64,000 bases of DNA from NCBI GenBank assembly GCA_009914755.4, contig CP086569.2, positions 18,176,001 through 18,240,000 of the forward strand, written 5' to 3'. Position 1 is the first letter of the stretch; every line of letters starts with the position of its first letter. This DNA is from the human T2T-CHM13v2.0 reference genome, Homo sapiens. This document shows positions 1 through 13,006 of the stretch, piece by piece. A program made the translations under genes and the position numbers. The notes beneath the pieces were generated by a model. The model was not told the origin of the DNA, did not search any database, and saw nothing but the letters and a program-made list of their open reading frames with translations.

Positions 1-783
1 ACCTGAGTGTAACAAAACATATCACAAATAGATTCTCTTATGTCTAACAGGTGGTCCAGCTGCAGATAGTCTTCTGCACATTAAAGGTGATGTATTTAGA
101 ATGTTAATCTTTCCATGTAAAGTCTCAAACCTGTTTCAGGAACATGGACAGGGATCATTTTCAGCTTCAAGAATAAAATGTATGATAAAATATCTGTTAA
201 TTTCCATAATTCATCATACTGGAGGGTTATTGTGTTTCCATAACTGATTATACTATGAAGCCACAAGAGAATGGTTTCCAGTGTTTAAATGTTAACTATT
301 GGAAAAGCAGAATGCTGTCACTAAGAATGGGTTAAAAAATGATCCCCAGACAACAATAATCTTTAGGTGCTTCACTAATAATTTGACTACGTGAACTGAC
401 ATTTTGATGTTAAGAAAAATAGGAAGCTAGCATTATTTTCATACTCTGCAGATCAGTGATGCCTTCTTGACATGTCAAAACCTTAACCACTGGTGGTAAA
501 GTGATTATTGATGATTGATGATTGATCAGAAACTTCCTGGGGAGATATATCATGGGTGATGAGATCATTTGTCCTTCAATGATGTTTCTTTGAATAAGTG
601 GCTTTTATTAAAAAGCTCAAGATGATAAGCCTTTTCATAATTCTCAGGACAACCAGTTTCATTGAAAATTGATAGACCTTGTTTGGTATTCATGATGTTA
701 TTATTATTTACTACTAAAGAGTAGTTTTAGCCTCACAGCAAAAATTGAGTGGAAAATACAAAGATTTCTCACATATGGCTTAT

Positions 784-970
784 TTTGTTTTGTTATTGTT
801 TTGAGACAGGTCTCACTACCACTCACGCTGCAGTGCAGTGGCACAATCACGGTTCACAGCAGCCTCTACCTCCCGGCCTCAGGTGATCCTCCTGCCTCAG
901 CCTCCCAAGTAGTTAGGACTACAGGTACATGCCACCACGCTTAGCTGATTATTATTATTATTATTATTAC

Positions 971-1004
<34 letters not shown>

Positions 1005-1126
1005 TGGAGAGACAGGGTTTTGCCTTATTGGCCATGGCTGGTCTGGAACTCCTGGGCTGTAGCCATCCACCCCTCCCAATCTCCCAAAGTTCTTAGATTA
1101 CAGGCATGAGGTACCCTGTCTGGCCA
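784..1126 (-). mobile_element. Alu SINE, antisense, with its internal A-rich linker region replaced by an (ATT)n expansion
   Basis: The sequence 'ttttgagacaggtctcactaccactcacgctgcagtgcagtggcacaatcacggttcacagcagcctctacctcccggcctcaggtgatcctcctgcctcagcctcccaagtag...' resumes after the ATT run with '...gagacagggttttgccttattggccatggctggtctggaactcctgggc...attacaggcatgag'. This is the canonical Alu reverse complement. Confidence 0.85.
946..1003. repeat. (ATT)n microsatellite, about 19 units, embedded in the Alu
   Basis: Direct reading shows 'attattattatt...' (TAA/ATT trinucleotide). It also generates the artefactual poly-N ORF at 897..1079. Confidence 0.95.
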
Positions 1127-1195
1127 CCTATACCTCTCTTAACCCCGTATATGTGCAACCTCCTTCATTGTCAACATCTCCCACCAGAGTGGTAC

Positions 1196-1473
1196 ATTTT
1201 TTTTTCTTTTTTTGAGACAGATTCTCACTCTGTTGCCAGGCTGGAGTTCACTATCGCAGCTCACTTCCATCTCCACCTCCTGGCTTCAACTGATTCTCCT
1301 GCCTCAGCCTCCCAAGTAGGTGGGATTATAGGTGTGCCCCACCACAACTGGCTAATTTTTGTATTTTTAGTAGGGACAGAGTTTCACCATGTTGGCCAGG
1401 ATGGTCTCAATTTCCTGACCTCGTGATCAAAAGTCCTCAGCCTCCCTAAGTGCTAGGATTACACACCCAGCCC
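1196..1473 (-). mobile_element. Alu SINE, antisense
   Basis: A poly-T start is followed by 'gagacagattctcactctgttgccaggctggagttcact...cctcagcctcccaagtaggtgggattataggtg...tttcaccatgttggccaggatggtctcaatttcctgacctcgtgatc...gtgctaggattacac'. Confidence 0.9.
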
Positions 1474-3589
1474 CAGAGTGGTACATTATTTACAACTGAT
1501 GGGCCCACATGGGAACATCATTATTATCTAAAGTCCATAGTAGTTTATAGTAGGATTCATTATTAGTGTTGCACATTCTGTAGGTTTGGATAGATGTAAA
1601 ATTGCATGTACTCTTCATTATAGCATGACACAGAATAGTTTCACTGCCCTAAAAATCCTGCTATCCACCTATTCATCCCTTCCTCCTGCCAATTCCTGGG
1701 AAGCACAGATCATTTTACTATCTTCATAGTTCTCCAGAATGTTCCTATACAGTATGCAGCCTTTTCAGAGTGGCTTCCTTTATTAGTAATATGCATTTTA
1801 GTTTCTTTTGTGTCTCTTAAGGCTTTGTAGCTCATTTCTTTTTGGTGTTGTATTCCATTGTTGGATGCACTAGTTTGTCTATGAATTTACTTTTTGAAGG
1901 ACATTGAGGATGCAAATTCCATTTTAAGGTAGATAAAATTTGCACTATATTCCCTGGAGCTTGTGTACGCTTGCCTATTCCTTCTTTCATTGTTCTGCTG
2001 CTCAGAAAAATTTGAAACTCATAATGATCTTTTGGTTTCCTTTCCTGGTTATAAAGATATAAATCTGAAGCTTAAAAAAAGAGGCTGTTTTTAGCCATCT
2101 TAATAATGAGTGTTCAATGATGTCAGTCAACTGTGATTCAAGACCTGAGTAAATTCTCAGTTCTTATGAGGAGTCTGCTGTTCAGCACATTAGAATCTCT
2201 TCAAAAGAGTGAGAATTACAGTTATGCAGCTTTGAAAAGGAAATCAGTTAGGTATTATTATCATTATTGAATGCTTTACAGATTGTCCTTGATGACGTGA
2301 TTTTTGTCCATGCCTCAAAGAGTAAACTGTTAAGCAGGGACAAAATATAGTCTGTATGAATGGAAACCTATGATTAGCAATTCTGAATTTTTATGCCAAT
2401 TTTAGAAATGTCTGCTAAGGAAGAAAATGGACTTAAGTTAGCACCAGTAGCACGGAAGTGGCTTTCTCAATTGCCAAGCTTTGGGAATAGAAAAATACAT
2501 AACACAGAGATAAAAATATTTATGTATATTCATAAAACAATGGAGGTGCTGTCATCATTCACAGCCACAGGAAAAGGTTAGCAGCTCAAGCAGAATAAGT
2601 AAGAAAAGAGCATTATAGCCAGTCCCGGCTTAATGAATGTAAGAGATGAAGCTACTCAATCATAATATTTGACCGCTATACCTGGATTCCCTATATTAAA
2701 AAGGCATTTATCTAATGATCCATTTTAGACTATTAGACTATTTAGAAACTGAGAATGGTGTTGTTGATGGAAAGAAGATGAAAAAATATCTAAGAAGCAG
2801 TATTTCCTCACTGTAATAAACCTCAATGAAGGATCGATCTTACAAAGAAAATTGTTAGTTTTGCATTTTGCACCACGCTGTCAAGTTCAGCTATAGGCAG
2901 GATAATTTAGCCAAATATCCAGCACTCAAAGTTAATGAACTCAGAACATTTTTTCTTTTATCAAGTGATTTTCACGCAAATAACCGTTTGGTGATTAAAA
3001 GAAAATTTTTTATTATTAAACACATGAGGGAATTATTCTGAGAAAATCCGTTACACAATTGATACCTTACTCTAGAATGTATCAATATGTCTGATTAAAA
3101 TAATCGGTTGAAATTATTAAAATAATTTTGTTCTTTTTCTACCACCATGGGGAAGAGAGAACAGATTTTATCAACCAAACTAGTTCATGAGATCTGTAGC
3201 TTTTGTTGGACTATTAAGTGATCCTGAGGAACATATTAAGTCCAGAATGTTTTTGCAGCAACACTCTTCAAGTAATAAAAAAAGAGAAAGGGAGGCGGTA
3301 AAATACAAGGAAGGGTAAAAATTAGACATCTAGAATTAGGCTAACAATTTTGAACAGTGCTTGTGTTTGAGTATCTGTTGTTTGATGCCTACATACAGGT
3401 TAAACATCGAATTTTTGGAGGCTGTGTTTGAAACACATGCAAATCTGCAGCAATGCACAGAAACAACTATCCACTGTCAGGTCTAAATGAGAACCCTTCT
3501 AGTGGCATCAGCTAAAAATATGAAATAACTACTCCCATTATGCTCATGTACTTGATGTAAGACTGTGAACCTTCTTGGATATTATATAT

Positions 3590-6500
3590 GTTCACACCAC
3601 ACATAAACACATACACACACACATACAACATACAATTACTTAGTATAACAACATATATCATTATATAATATGTCAAATACGCTCTAGTAACGTATTTATG
3701 TTTATAATTTGATATATTTACACATTTATATTTATATAAATGTAAAAGTAAATATGATATATAAATTTTAATTTTTATATGTATATATATTTATATAGGT
3801 ATACTTATATATACTTATATATGTATACTTATATATTTATATGTAATTTATATTTTTACATATGTATACTTACACAATATTTACATATGTATACTTATAT
3901 GTAAATATTATATTAGATACAAGTAAATATATAAATATGTAATTAATGTAATGTTAAAATAATATATAAACATATTTATATTACTCATATATAATAAAAA
4001 CACATTATAATGTGTATATATAATATATGCATACTTAGATATAAAGCTTATGATATATAAATGAATATAAAATATAAAAGCAGATAAAAATAAATATAAT
4101 ACAAAAATGTTATATTTATACTAATATAAATATTATATTTATACTAATACAAATTTTGTATTTATATTAATATAAATATACTATGTATTTATATTAATAT
4201 ACTATAAATATACTATAAATTTATATTGTATAAATATAAATATATTTATACAATATAAATATTGTTTTCATATTAATATAAATATTGCATTTATGTTAAT
4301 ATAAATATTATATTTATATTAATATAATATAGCATATAAGTATATATAAGTAGAAATACATATACTTATATATGCATATATACTTATATATGTATAAATA
4401 TGAATATTTATATATACTTTATATTTTTATATATGTATACTTACACAATATTACATACGTATACTTATAAGTAAATATTATATTATACACAAGTAAATAA
4501 ATAAATATGTAATTAATGTAATGCTAATATAATATAAAAATATAATCATATTTATATTAATATAAATATAATTTATATAAATTATATAATATATTATATA
4601 AATTACATAACACATTATATACATTATATACATTATCTAAAACATATACATTATACACATTATATAATACATCATATACATTATATACTTATATAATACA
4701 TCATATACATTATACACATTATATGTCATATACATTATATACGCTATGTAATATATCACATACATTATATACGCTATGTAATATGTCATATACATTATAT
4801 ACGCTATGTAATATGTCATATACATTATATACGCTATGTAATATGTCATATACATTATATACGCTATGTAATATGTTGTATACATTATACGCTATGTAAT
4901 ATGTTATATACATTATATATTATATAATATGTTACATATTACATATAATTTATATAATATATGTGATATATAATAATATAATAATATACAATATTATTAT
5001 AATATACAAAATACATTATAATATATAATACTATATTATATATTATATAATATTATATATTATATATTACATTAGTATATATTATGTATTATATATTATA
5101 TATAATGCATTATAATATATCATATTATAACAATATTATATATAATATACTATATATAATACATAATATAATTATATGTAGTATATATTATATAATATAT
5201 TATATATGTATAATATAAATTATATATCATATACATTATATAATATATAATATATATTAAAAATATATAATATACAAGATTATATATAAATTATGTAATA
5301 TATAATCTGAATATATGTATTATATATTATATATACTCATATGAAATTATATACAATATACAGAATTATATTATATAATATATTATGTTATATATTATAT
5401 ATGTATAATATATAATATATAATTATATAAAATTATATTATATACTATATAATTAATATATAGTATATTATTTATAATATATAATATATAATGTATTTAA
5501 TATATAATATATAATATACAATAATATATTATATATAATATATTTTATATATAATATGTTATATAGAATATATGCAATATAAATATTTATATATTATGTA
5601 TTATATATAATATATTATATATATTATGTATTATATATAATATAATATTATATATATTATATATATAATATAATATATTATATATAATATGATACAAATA
5701 ATATTATATAACATATATTATATATGATAATATATACTATATAATATAAAAAATTAGGTATAATATATGTATAATTATATATAATATGTAATATATTATA
5801 TAGTTATATATTATATATTATATAGTTATTATGTATAATGCATATAATATAATATATAATATAAAATTTATATATTATAAAATATAATAATTATATCTTA
5901 TATATAATTATTATATCCTATATATAATATAAGATATGTTTTATATATTGTTATATAGTTTATATAAATCATGTATTAGTTATTTATATATAATTATATA
6001 TCCTATATAATTATACATAGATTATATATTATATATAATTATAAATATTTAAATATAAATATAAATTATATATAATATAAATATATAATTATATAAATTA
6101 TGTACAATATATAATTTATATAATATATAAATATGTAACTATATAATGTAATGTTACATTATATGACATATATGTAATATAGTTACAACAATTAATATAA
6201 TGCAATGTTATAAATTATATATATTTAATTTATGTAATATATAAATATGTAATAATATAATGTAATAATGTAATATTATGTTACATTATATTACATTATA
6301 TTACATTATATGACATATTATATAATGTTATATTACATATAATATATTAATATAATATATAAATATAATATTTATATTATTCCCATATACAAATACAGAT
6401 TATGATGTGTATATGAATTATATGTGCATACCTAGCTATATTATAATATATAAGTATAAAAAATAAAAGTAGATAAAGATAAATATAATACATAAATGTT

Positions 6501-7000
6501 CATTTATATTAATATAAATATTATATATAATATAGAAGTAAACAAATAGTACATACACACGTTACCTATATTTATATTACTGTATTATATGAATATTTAT
6601 ATTCGTATTTATATGGAAGAATGCATATAATACACATACATATTGTATTATATATAGTATTTGTATTAATATATGTTAGCAATACATGATATATTATTCT
6701 ATATATCTATACACGTTAAAATTGTATATGTATTTAACATACATATATGATATTTAAATACATATTTTATAATATATTTTTGTTATATGTTATATATAAT
6801 CATCACAGATTATATAAGTTTTATATAGATAATATATTTTATACTATAATTGATTTTACATTTTATAGTATAATATTTTATAATGTACATTATATTTAAT
6901 ACATATATCATAGATTATACTACTTATGATAACATGTAATATGAGGTTATATGTAATTGTAATCTCTCAGATATAATTATATTTATATATTACTCTTAAA
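3590..7000. repeat. Large AT-rich (>85% A+T) satellite-like or complex tandem-repeat block with (CA)n-like edge and higher-order internal duplications
   Basis: About 3.4 kb is composed almost entirely of TA/TATA/ATATTA-type motifs. Internal segments recur: about 3800-3985 resembles about 4340-4560, and about 4000-4110 resembles about 6400-6520. There is no stop-free reading frame of biological sense. Confidence 0.85.
4731..4912. repeat. 30-bp period tandem array, about 6 copies of 'tacattatatacgctatgtaatatgtcata', with degenerate copies extending back to about 4600
   Basis: Exact 30-bp phasing is visible at 4731, 4761, 4791, 4821 and 4851, with a 29-bp last copy. Confidence 0.9.
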
Positions 7001-8072
7001 GTAATACCATCATGTTTTAATTAATAGAATTTTCTTTCAGTGTTACATCATTCACCAAACTACTATTTTTTATAAAAATTGTGTAATCCGCAAGTTATTC
7101 ATAATCAGTTTTGTGCAGGTTATTTATTCATGAATATTATATACTTATTTTTGCACTGGTATATTTCTATCATCTCTACTGGAATTATTCATTATATTAA
7201 GCACTTGAAAGATGCAAAGAAAGCTTTATGCTAAGTGAAATTAGCCAATTGCAAAAGACAGTCTGTGAGATTCTAGTGATATGAAATTGACATGGAATAC
7301 CTAGAATATGAAATTCCATTGATATGAATTGTCAATCAGTTGTGACAGGAAGGAGATCACTGTTTGCTAGTTGAGTGCAGAGGAATGAAGAGTAGCTGCT
7401 AGTAAGTGCAGGGTTTCTTTTGGGGGTGATGAAAATGTTGCGGAACAGATAGTGTTGATGGTTGCACTCCCCTGTGAATATACTAAGAAAACAATAGTAC
7501 ACACTAAAGTATAAACTTTATAACACGTAACTACGTTAAAGCTGATAACATAATAGGATTTTTAGCCATGGTGCCAGGATTTTAGCCATGGTGCCAATGT
7601 GTTCAAATGGTCCTATTTAGTGGGTAGCCATCAAACAGCAAAGCCTGCCTCTGAGCAAAAAACCTTCCAGAGCCACCCTATGTCTTTACTACTCAAAGTG
7701 TGGTTCTGGAATCAGCAACAGCAGCCATTGCTGGGGGTGGATTTCATTGCCAAACCTCAGGCCCTGAGTCAGAATCTGCTTTTCTGCATGACCTCAAAGG
7801 AGTGGTAGGCACATTCATGCTAACACTTGGGAAGCACTGAGAGATACCCCATGTCATCCAAGAATCATTTTGAACTGACTGCACTGCTCCTTCTAATGAG
7901 AACTCACTTGCTTTAGGCAGAAGTTTGACCTCAATTAATTTCCTATAGAAACAGGACAGTAGAGCCTGTCTTTTGCCTTCAGATCCCAGGCCACTTCTCT
8001 GTGTCACATTTCCACAGCTCAGTTCACCAAGAGGTGGTAGGTGGGCAATGGAGTAGTGAAATAAATCTTATA

Positions 8073-8368
8073 CATGCCTGTAATCCCAGCACTTTGGGAG
8101 GCCAAGGCGGGTGGGTCACAAGGTCAGTAGATTGAGACCATCCTGGCTAACACAGTGAAGCCCTGTCTCTACTAAAAATACAAAAAATTAGTTGGGCGTG
8201 GTGGTGGGCGCCTGTAGTCCCAGCTGTTCAGGAAGCTGAGGCAGGAGAATGGCGTGAAGCCGGGAGGCAGAGCTTACAGTGAGCCGAGATCGCCCACTGC
8301 ACTCCAGCCTGGTCCACAGAGTGAGACTCGGTCTAAAAAAAAAAAAAAAAAGAAAAGAAAAGTCTTAC
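8073..8368 (+). mobile_element. Alu SINE (AluS/Y-like), sense, slightly 5'-truncated, with poly-A and (GAAAA) tail
   Basis: The sequence reads 'cctgtaatcccagcactttgggaggccaaggcgggtgggtcacaaggtcag...gagccgagatcgcccactgcactccagcctgg...aaaaaaaaaaaaaagaaaagaaaag'. Confidence 0.9.
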
Positions 8369-8479
8369 TATCCTATAGATGCTATAGGTACTACTTTCCT
8401 ATAAAAATGTAATGTTACCCATATAGCAGTTTGTGTAGCCACATTTACTGTTAGAAATATGTGTCTTAAACAATTGCCC

Positions 8480-8892
8480 ATCAGTCAAAAAATGGAGAAA
8501 GAAACTTTGGTTTATATATCCAATGGAATACTACTCAGCCATAAAAAGAAATGATTTAATGGCATTCGCAGAACCCTGGATGGAACTGGAGACTTTTATT
8601 CTAAGTGAAGTGACTCAAGAATGAAAAACCAAACATTGTATGTTCTCACTCATAAGTGGGAGATAAGCTATGAGGATGCAAAGGCATAAGAATGATACAG
8701 TGGACTTTAGTGGCTGGGGAGAAAGGGTAGGAGGGAAGTGAGGAATAAAAGACTACAAATTTAGTTCAGTGTATACTGCTCAGGTGATGGGTGCACCAAT
8801 ATCTCACAAATCACCACTAAACAATTTACGCATGTAACCAAATACCACCTGTTCCCCAAAACACACACGGAAATAAAAAAATTTAAATAAAG
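8480..8892 (+). mobile_element. L1 (older primate/mammalian family) 3'-end fragment: ORF2 C-terminus and 3'UTR
   Basis: The sequence 'ccaatggaatactactcagccataaaaagaaatga...gttctcactcataagtgggagataa' is the conserved L1 '...YTMEYYSAIK...MFSLI' region and 3' tail. Confidence 0.75.
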
Positions 8893-9699
8893 AAACATGT
8901 GTTTTAAGAAACACGATCATGGGAAAATTATTAAGAAAAGAGCTACCCAAAAGAAATTGAAATATATGCTTTAATAAATGTTATCAATTTTAGAGGCTTC
9001 AGAATATAGACAAGCCTGAACTTAAATGGGAATAAAATAATATTGGGACTTGTTAATGGTCTCTATCTTGTGTGCATATGGGAATTTGGTAGTGTTCGAT
9101 ATGAATCACCCTCCATTACTCAGGGTTCTGCAGAACTGAGACAATGCCTGTGGACTTCCTTCATTCAAAATATCTTTAACCAAAAGAAAACAAACAAACA
9201 AAAATCTAGGATGTGTAAAGACGCTCCATAAATTACATTACTACCTGAAAATGGCGCATATTGGTTTAAAAGGACTATTTCATGTTGAAGTTACTGTTTC
9301 TTTATGGAAAATGCTTTACAAGATGATGTTATGTTGAACTTTTAAATTTTCCTGCTTATCCCACTAAAACTAGACTCTGACAGTCTTATTTTGAATATTT
9401 GTTAATATGAAGCATGAATTGCTGTCTTATAATGTATTTTCTTAGAAGTATGTGTTCTCGTTTCTCAATTTGTTGTCCTTCTATTTGTTATTTATCTTTC
9501 TCAGATAATCTGTTTACTGGCCTTTACAAATAAGAAAACAAAATTAAATAGAGTGAGAAAAAATAATAATGCATATAAAATCACTGCTACTTAACCACCG
9601 TTTCTTCAATCTGGAACTATTCACTTAGTTGACTTTTCCACCATGCACCCAAATCCCTTCATCCTAAGTGTTTCCTCTGCCATTATTTAATTCACGTTA

Positions 9700-10012
9700 T
9701 TCTCTTTTTTTTTTTCTTTTTTTTTTTTTTTTTGAGACAGAATGTCACTCTGTCTCCCAGGCTGGAATATAGTGAGTGGTGTGATCTTGGCTTACTGCAT
9801 CCTCCACCTACCCGGTTCAAGTGATTCTCCTGCCTCAGCCTCCTGAGCAGCTGGGATTACAGGCACGTGCTACCACACCAGGGTAAATTTTGTATTTTTA
9901 GTAGACACTGGATTTCACCATGTTGGTCAGGCTGGTCTTGAACTCCTGACCTCATCACCTGCCTCAACCTCTCAAAGTGCTAGGATTATAGGCATGAGCC
10001 ACTGCAACTGGC
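9700..10012 (-). mobile_element. Alu SINE, antisense, full length with long poly-T
   Basis: The sequence reads 'ttttttttgagacagaatgtcactctgtctcccaggctggaatatagtgagtggtgtgatcttggcttactgcatcctccacctacccggttcaag...gggattacaggcacgtgc...tttcaccatgttggtcaggctggtcttgaactcctgacctcat...gtgctaggattataggcatgagccactgcaactggcc'. Confidence 0.9.
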
Positions 10013-10318
10013 CAATCCATGTTATTCTTAAGACCTGTTTCCAGTTTTCCAAATGGCTTTATAAAATTACTCTCACATATATTATTCTTATAAACTTTAA
10101 TTTTTAACAAGTACCAGTTTACCTATTCCTAAATATAGTAAATGTATATTCCTTTTGCTGCATTCAAATATTGAGAGTATCCAAATGCTCTGGTTGATAA
10201 AGTGCTCCATGACGTGTTGTCATCTCATCCATTCAAGCTTTTAGAAATACTAATTGAGAACATACTGGCTAGGATGTCTGTTCCGTTCTGAGAAAAGAGA
10301 CATGAATATAAAAGGCAT

Positions 10319-10459
10319 AATTTTTTTTTTTTTTGAGGCAAAATCTCACTTCATCACCCAGGCCGGAGTGTGGTGGCACAAGCTTGGCTCACTGCAACAT
10401 CTACCTCCCAGGTTCAAGAAATTCTCATGCCTCAGCTTTCTGAGTAGCTGAGATTACAG
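10319..10459 (-). mobile_element. Partial Alu, right-arm monomer only, antisense
   Basis: The sequence reads 'tttttttttttttgaggcaaaatctcacttcatcacccaggccggagtgtggtggcacaagcttggctcactgcaacatctacctcccaggttcaagaaattctcatgcctcagctttctgagtagctgagattacag'. Confidence 0.8.
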
Positions 10460-11164
10460 CTTAATTTTGGACTTCCCAGCCTCTAGAACTGTAAGGAATA
10501 AATTTCTGTTCTTAAAATTTGCTCAGCCTCAGGTGTTTCGTTTTAGCAGTACAAGTGGAATAAGAACCACAAATTTAACCTATTTGTCAAACAATCCAAG
10601 TACACAGAATGTATGAAGAAAACTGTGAAAGTCTTTAACATCTCATTCTATGCATTCACAAGGTTTTGCAATATGATGCCTTCAATTAATAATCTGTCAT
10701 CAATGGTCTTTTATGTCAGCATATGCAAAGAGATCTTGTTTTCTTTTTCAGGATCATAATCTTAAAGCTGCATTGTATGCTTTAATTTGAAATATTACAT
10801 AATTTGTTGTGGGAATTGATATTTCTATATTGATCAACATAAAGACATTTCTGTATTTTAGCTCCTGCATGTTGTGTAAAGATGACAGTGGTTTTACCTC
10901 ATGGTGGTAGAGATGATGGAAGGAAGATACCAGAACTTAGTGAGAGAAACCAGATGTCTGAATAAAAGCCATGTTTCTTGCTTACATATCTCCATGATTT
11001 TGTTGTCATTTTCTTTGGAAGAATCCTAAAAGGAAGTGAACATAGAAAAGAGAGTGTGTGTGTTGTTCCCCCACTGTATGGAGGGAGGGAGAGCATAAGG
11101 AAAAAGAGCTAATTGATGCTAGGCTTAATACCTAGGTAATGATAACAATTTAGCTATTGTGAAT

Positions 11165-11713
11165 TATGCTGTTAAAAACATAAGTGTACAAATATCTCTT
11201 CAACTCCTTGCTTTCAGCTCTGTTGGGCATATACCCAGAAGTGGAATTACTGGATCATATGCTAATTCTATTTCTAAATTTTTGAGGAACCACCATACTG
11301 TTTTCTACTGTAACTGTAGTATTTTACATTTCCACAGCAGTTTACAAGAGTTCCAATTTCTCTACACCCTTGTGAATGCTTGTTATTTTTGGCTGTTTTT
11401 TTTTTTTACGGTAGTTATTCTAAGGGGTGTGAAGTGGTATCTCATTGTGGTTATGACTTGCATTTTCCTGATGACTAGAGATGTTGAGTATGTTTTCATG
11501 TGCCTGTGGGCCATTTGTGTATGTTCTTTAGAGAATATATGTTCAAATCCTTTGCTCAGTTTTGAATGGGTTTGTTATTATTGAGTTTTAAGTGTTCTCT
11601 CTATATTCTGAATATTAATCTCATAACATATATAATTTGCAAATATTTTATTCCATCCCATGAGTTCAGCTTTTTTAGCTTGCTGATGTTGTCTTTTGAT
11701 GCATTTCTGCATT

Positions 11714-11749
<36 letters not shown>

Positions 11750-12430
11750 AGGTGGTGTCTCCCTCTGCTGCTGAGGTTGGAGTACAGTGGCATGATCTCT
11801 GCTCACTGCAACCTCTACCTCCTGGGGTCAAGCAATTCTCCTGCCTCAAACTTCTGAGAAACTGGAATTACAGGCTGCCACCACACCCAGCTAATTTTTG
11901 TATTTTTAAAAAAGATGGGATTTCACCACGTTGGCCAGGCTTGTCTTGAATTCCTGACTTCAAACGATTTACCTGCCTCAGCCTCCCAAAGTGCTGGGAT
12001 TACAGGTGCGAGCCACAGCATACAGACAAAAAAATTGATGAAAATTTTTTTTTTAAATTTATGAAGTCCAATTTTTCTATTTTTTCTATTGTTACCTGTG
12101 TCTTTGGTGTTATATGTAAGAAATTCTGACCAAACCCAGTGATGTGGGGCTTTTTCCCCCATATTTTCTATTAAGAGTTTTACAGTTTTACTTCTTACAT
12201 TTAAGTCTTTGTCTCATTATTCTTCACGCAGAAAATGTGCTTAGAACTTTGTTGACAATGTTGACACTTTTAATTGAAGAAGCTATTCTACAGTCTTATG
12301 GATGCCTGACTAGTCTTGTTACTTTGGGCATACCACTTAGGGTTCCAACGTTAGTCAGTTTTCTTAACATGTTGACTGCATATGGATGTTACATATTAAA
12401 AAAGCATTTCCACAGCTCCTTCACATAAAT
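11165..12430 (-). mobile_element. L1 fragment covering the ORF2 3' region on the minus strand, interrupted by a nested Alu
   Basis: The plus strand shows the characteristic L1 antisense string 'gggcatatacccagaagtggaattactggatcatatgctaattctatttctaaattttt gaggaaccaccatactgttttc...ggtgtgaagtggtatctcattgtggtt...gcattttcctgatgactagagatgttgag...ttgcaaatatttt'. The reverse complement of 'gtgaagtggtatctcattgtgg' encodes TMRYHFT of L1 ORF2. Homology continues after the Alu with '...agttttacagttttacttcttacatttaagtctttg...'. Confidence 0.8.
11716..12017 (-). mobile_element. Alu SINE, antisense, nested inside the antisense L1
   Basis: A poly-T run of about 35 nt is followed by 'gaggtggtgtctccctctgctgctgaggttggagtacagtggcatgatctctgctcactgcaacctctacctcctggggtcaagcaattctcctgcctca...gtgctgggattacaggtgcgagccacagc'. 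Confidence 0.9.
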
Positions 12431-12662
12431 TAGCTCACTCAATCCTTTTATCCACCCAAGAAATTCTTAAATACATTCAAATGAATTAAACAACATTAGA
12501 GGTGAGAAATAAAGTCTGAATGGGTCATGGAAGTCTTGTCCCAGACCACAAACCTAGTAAATATGAAACTAGAGGATAATAAAATGGAGTAGGAGAATCT
12601 CTACATGCCTGCCTAGTGTTTTCCATACAATCATGAGTCATTAATACCCATCCTTTTTATAA

Positions 12663-13006
<344 letters not shown>

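Noticed and set aside
897-1079. 60 aa ORF containing a poly-N run
   Set aside because: It is the translation of the (ATT)n microsatellite inside an Alu.
4637-4913. 82 aa and 64 aa minus-strand ORFs rich in Y/I/M/N
   Set aside because: These are in-frame translations of the 30-bp AT-rich tandem repeat. Their periodic sequence reflects the repeat, not a protein.
3590-7000. Considered whether the periodic AT-rich arrays, or the 30-bp array at 4731-4912, could be a CRISPR array
   Set aside because: There are no unique spacers between repeats, since the units are contiguous tandem copies. No cas-like ORFs are adjacent, and the whole context is eukaryotic repeat DNA.
7561-7600. A 19-bp direct duplication 'attttagccatggtgccag' x2
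   Set aside because: It is too short and isolated to interpret and is most likely a trivial slippage duplication.
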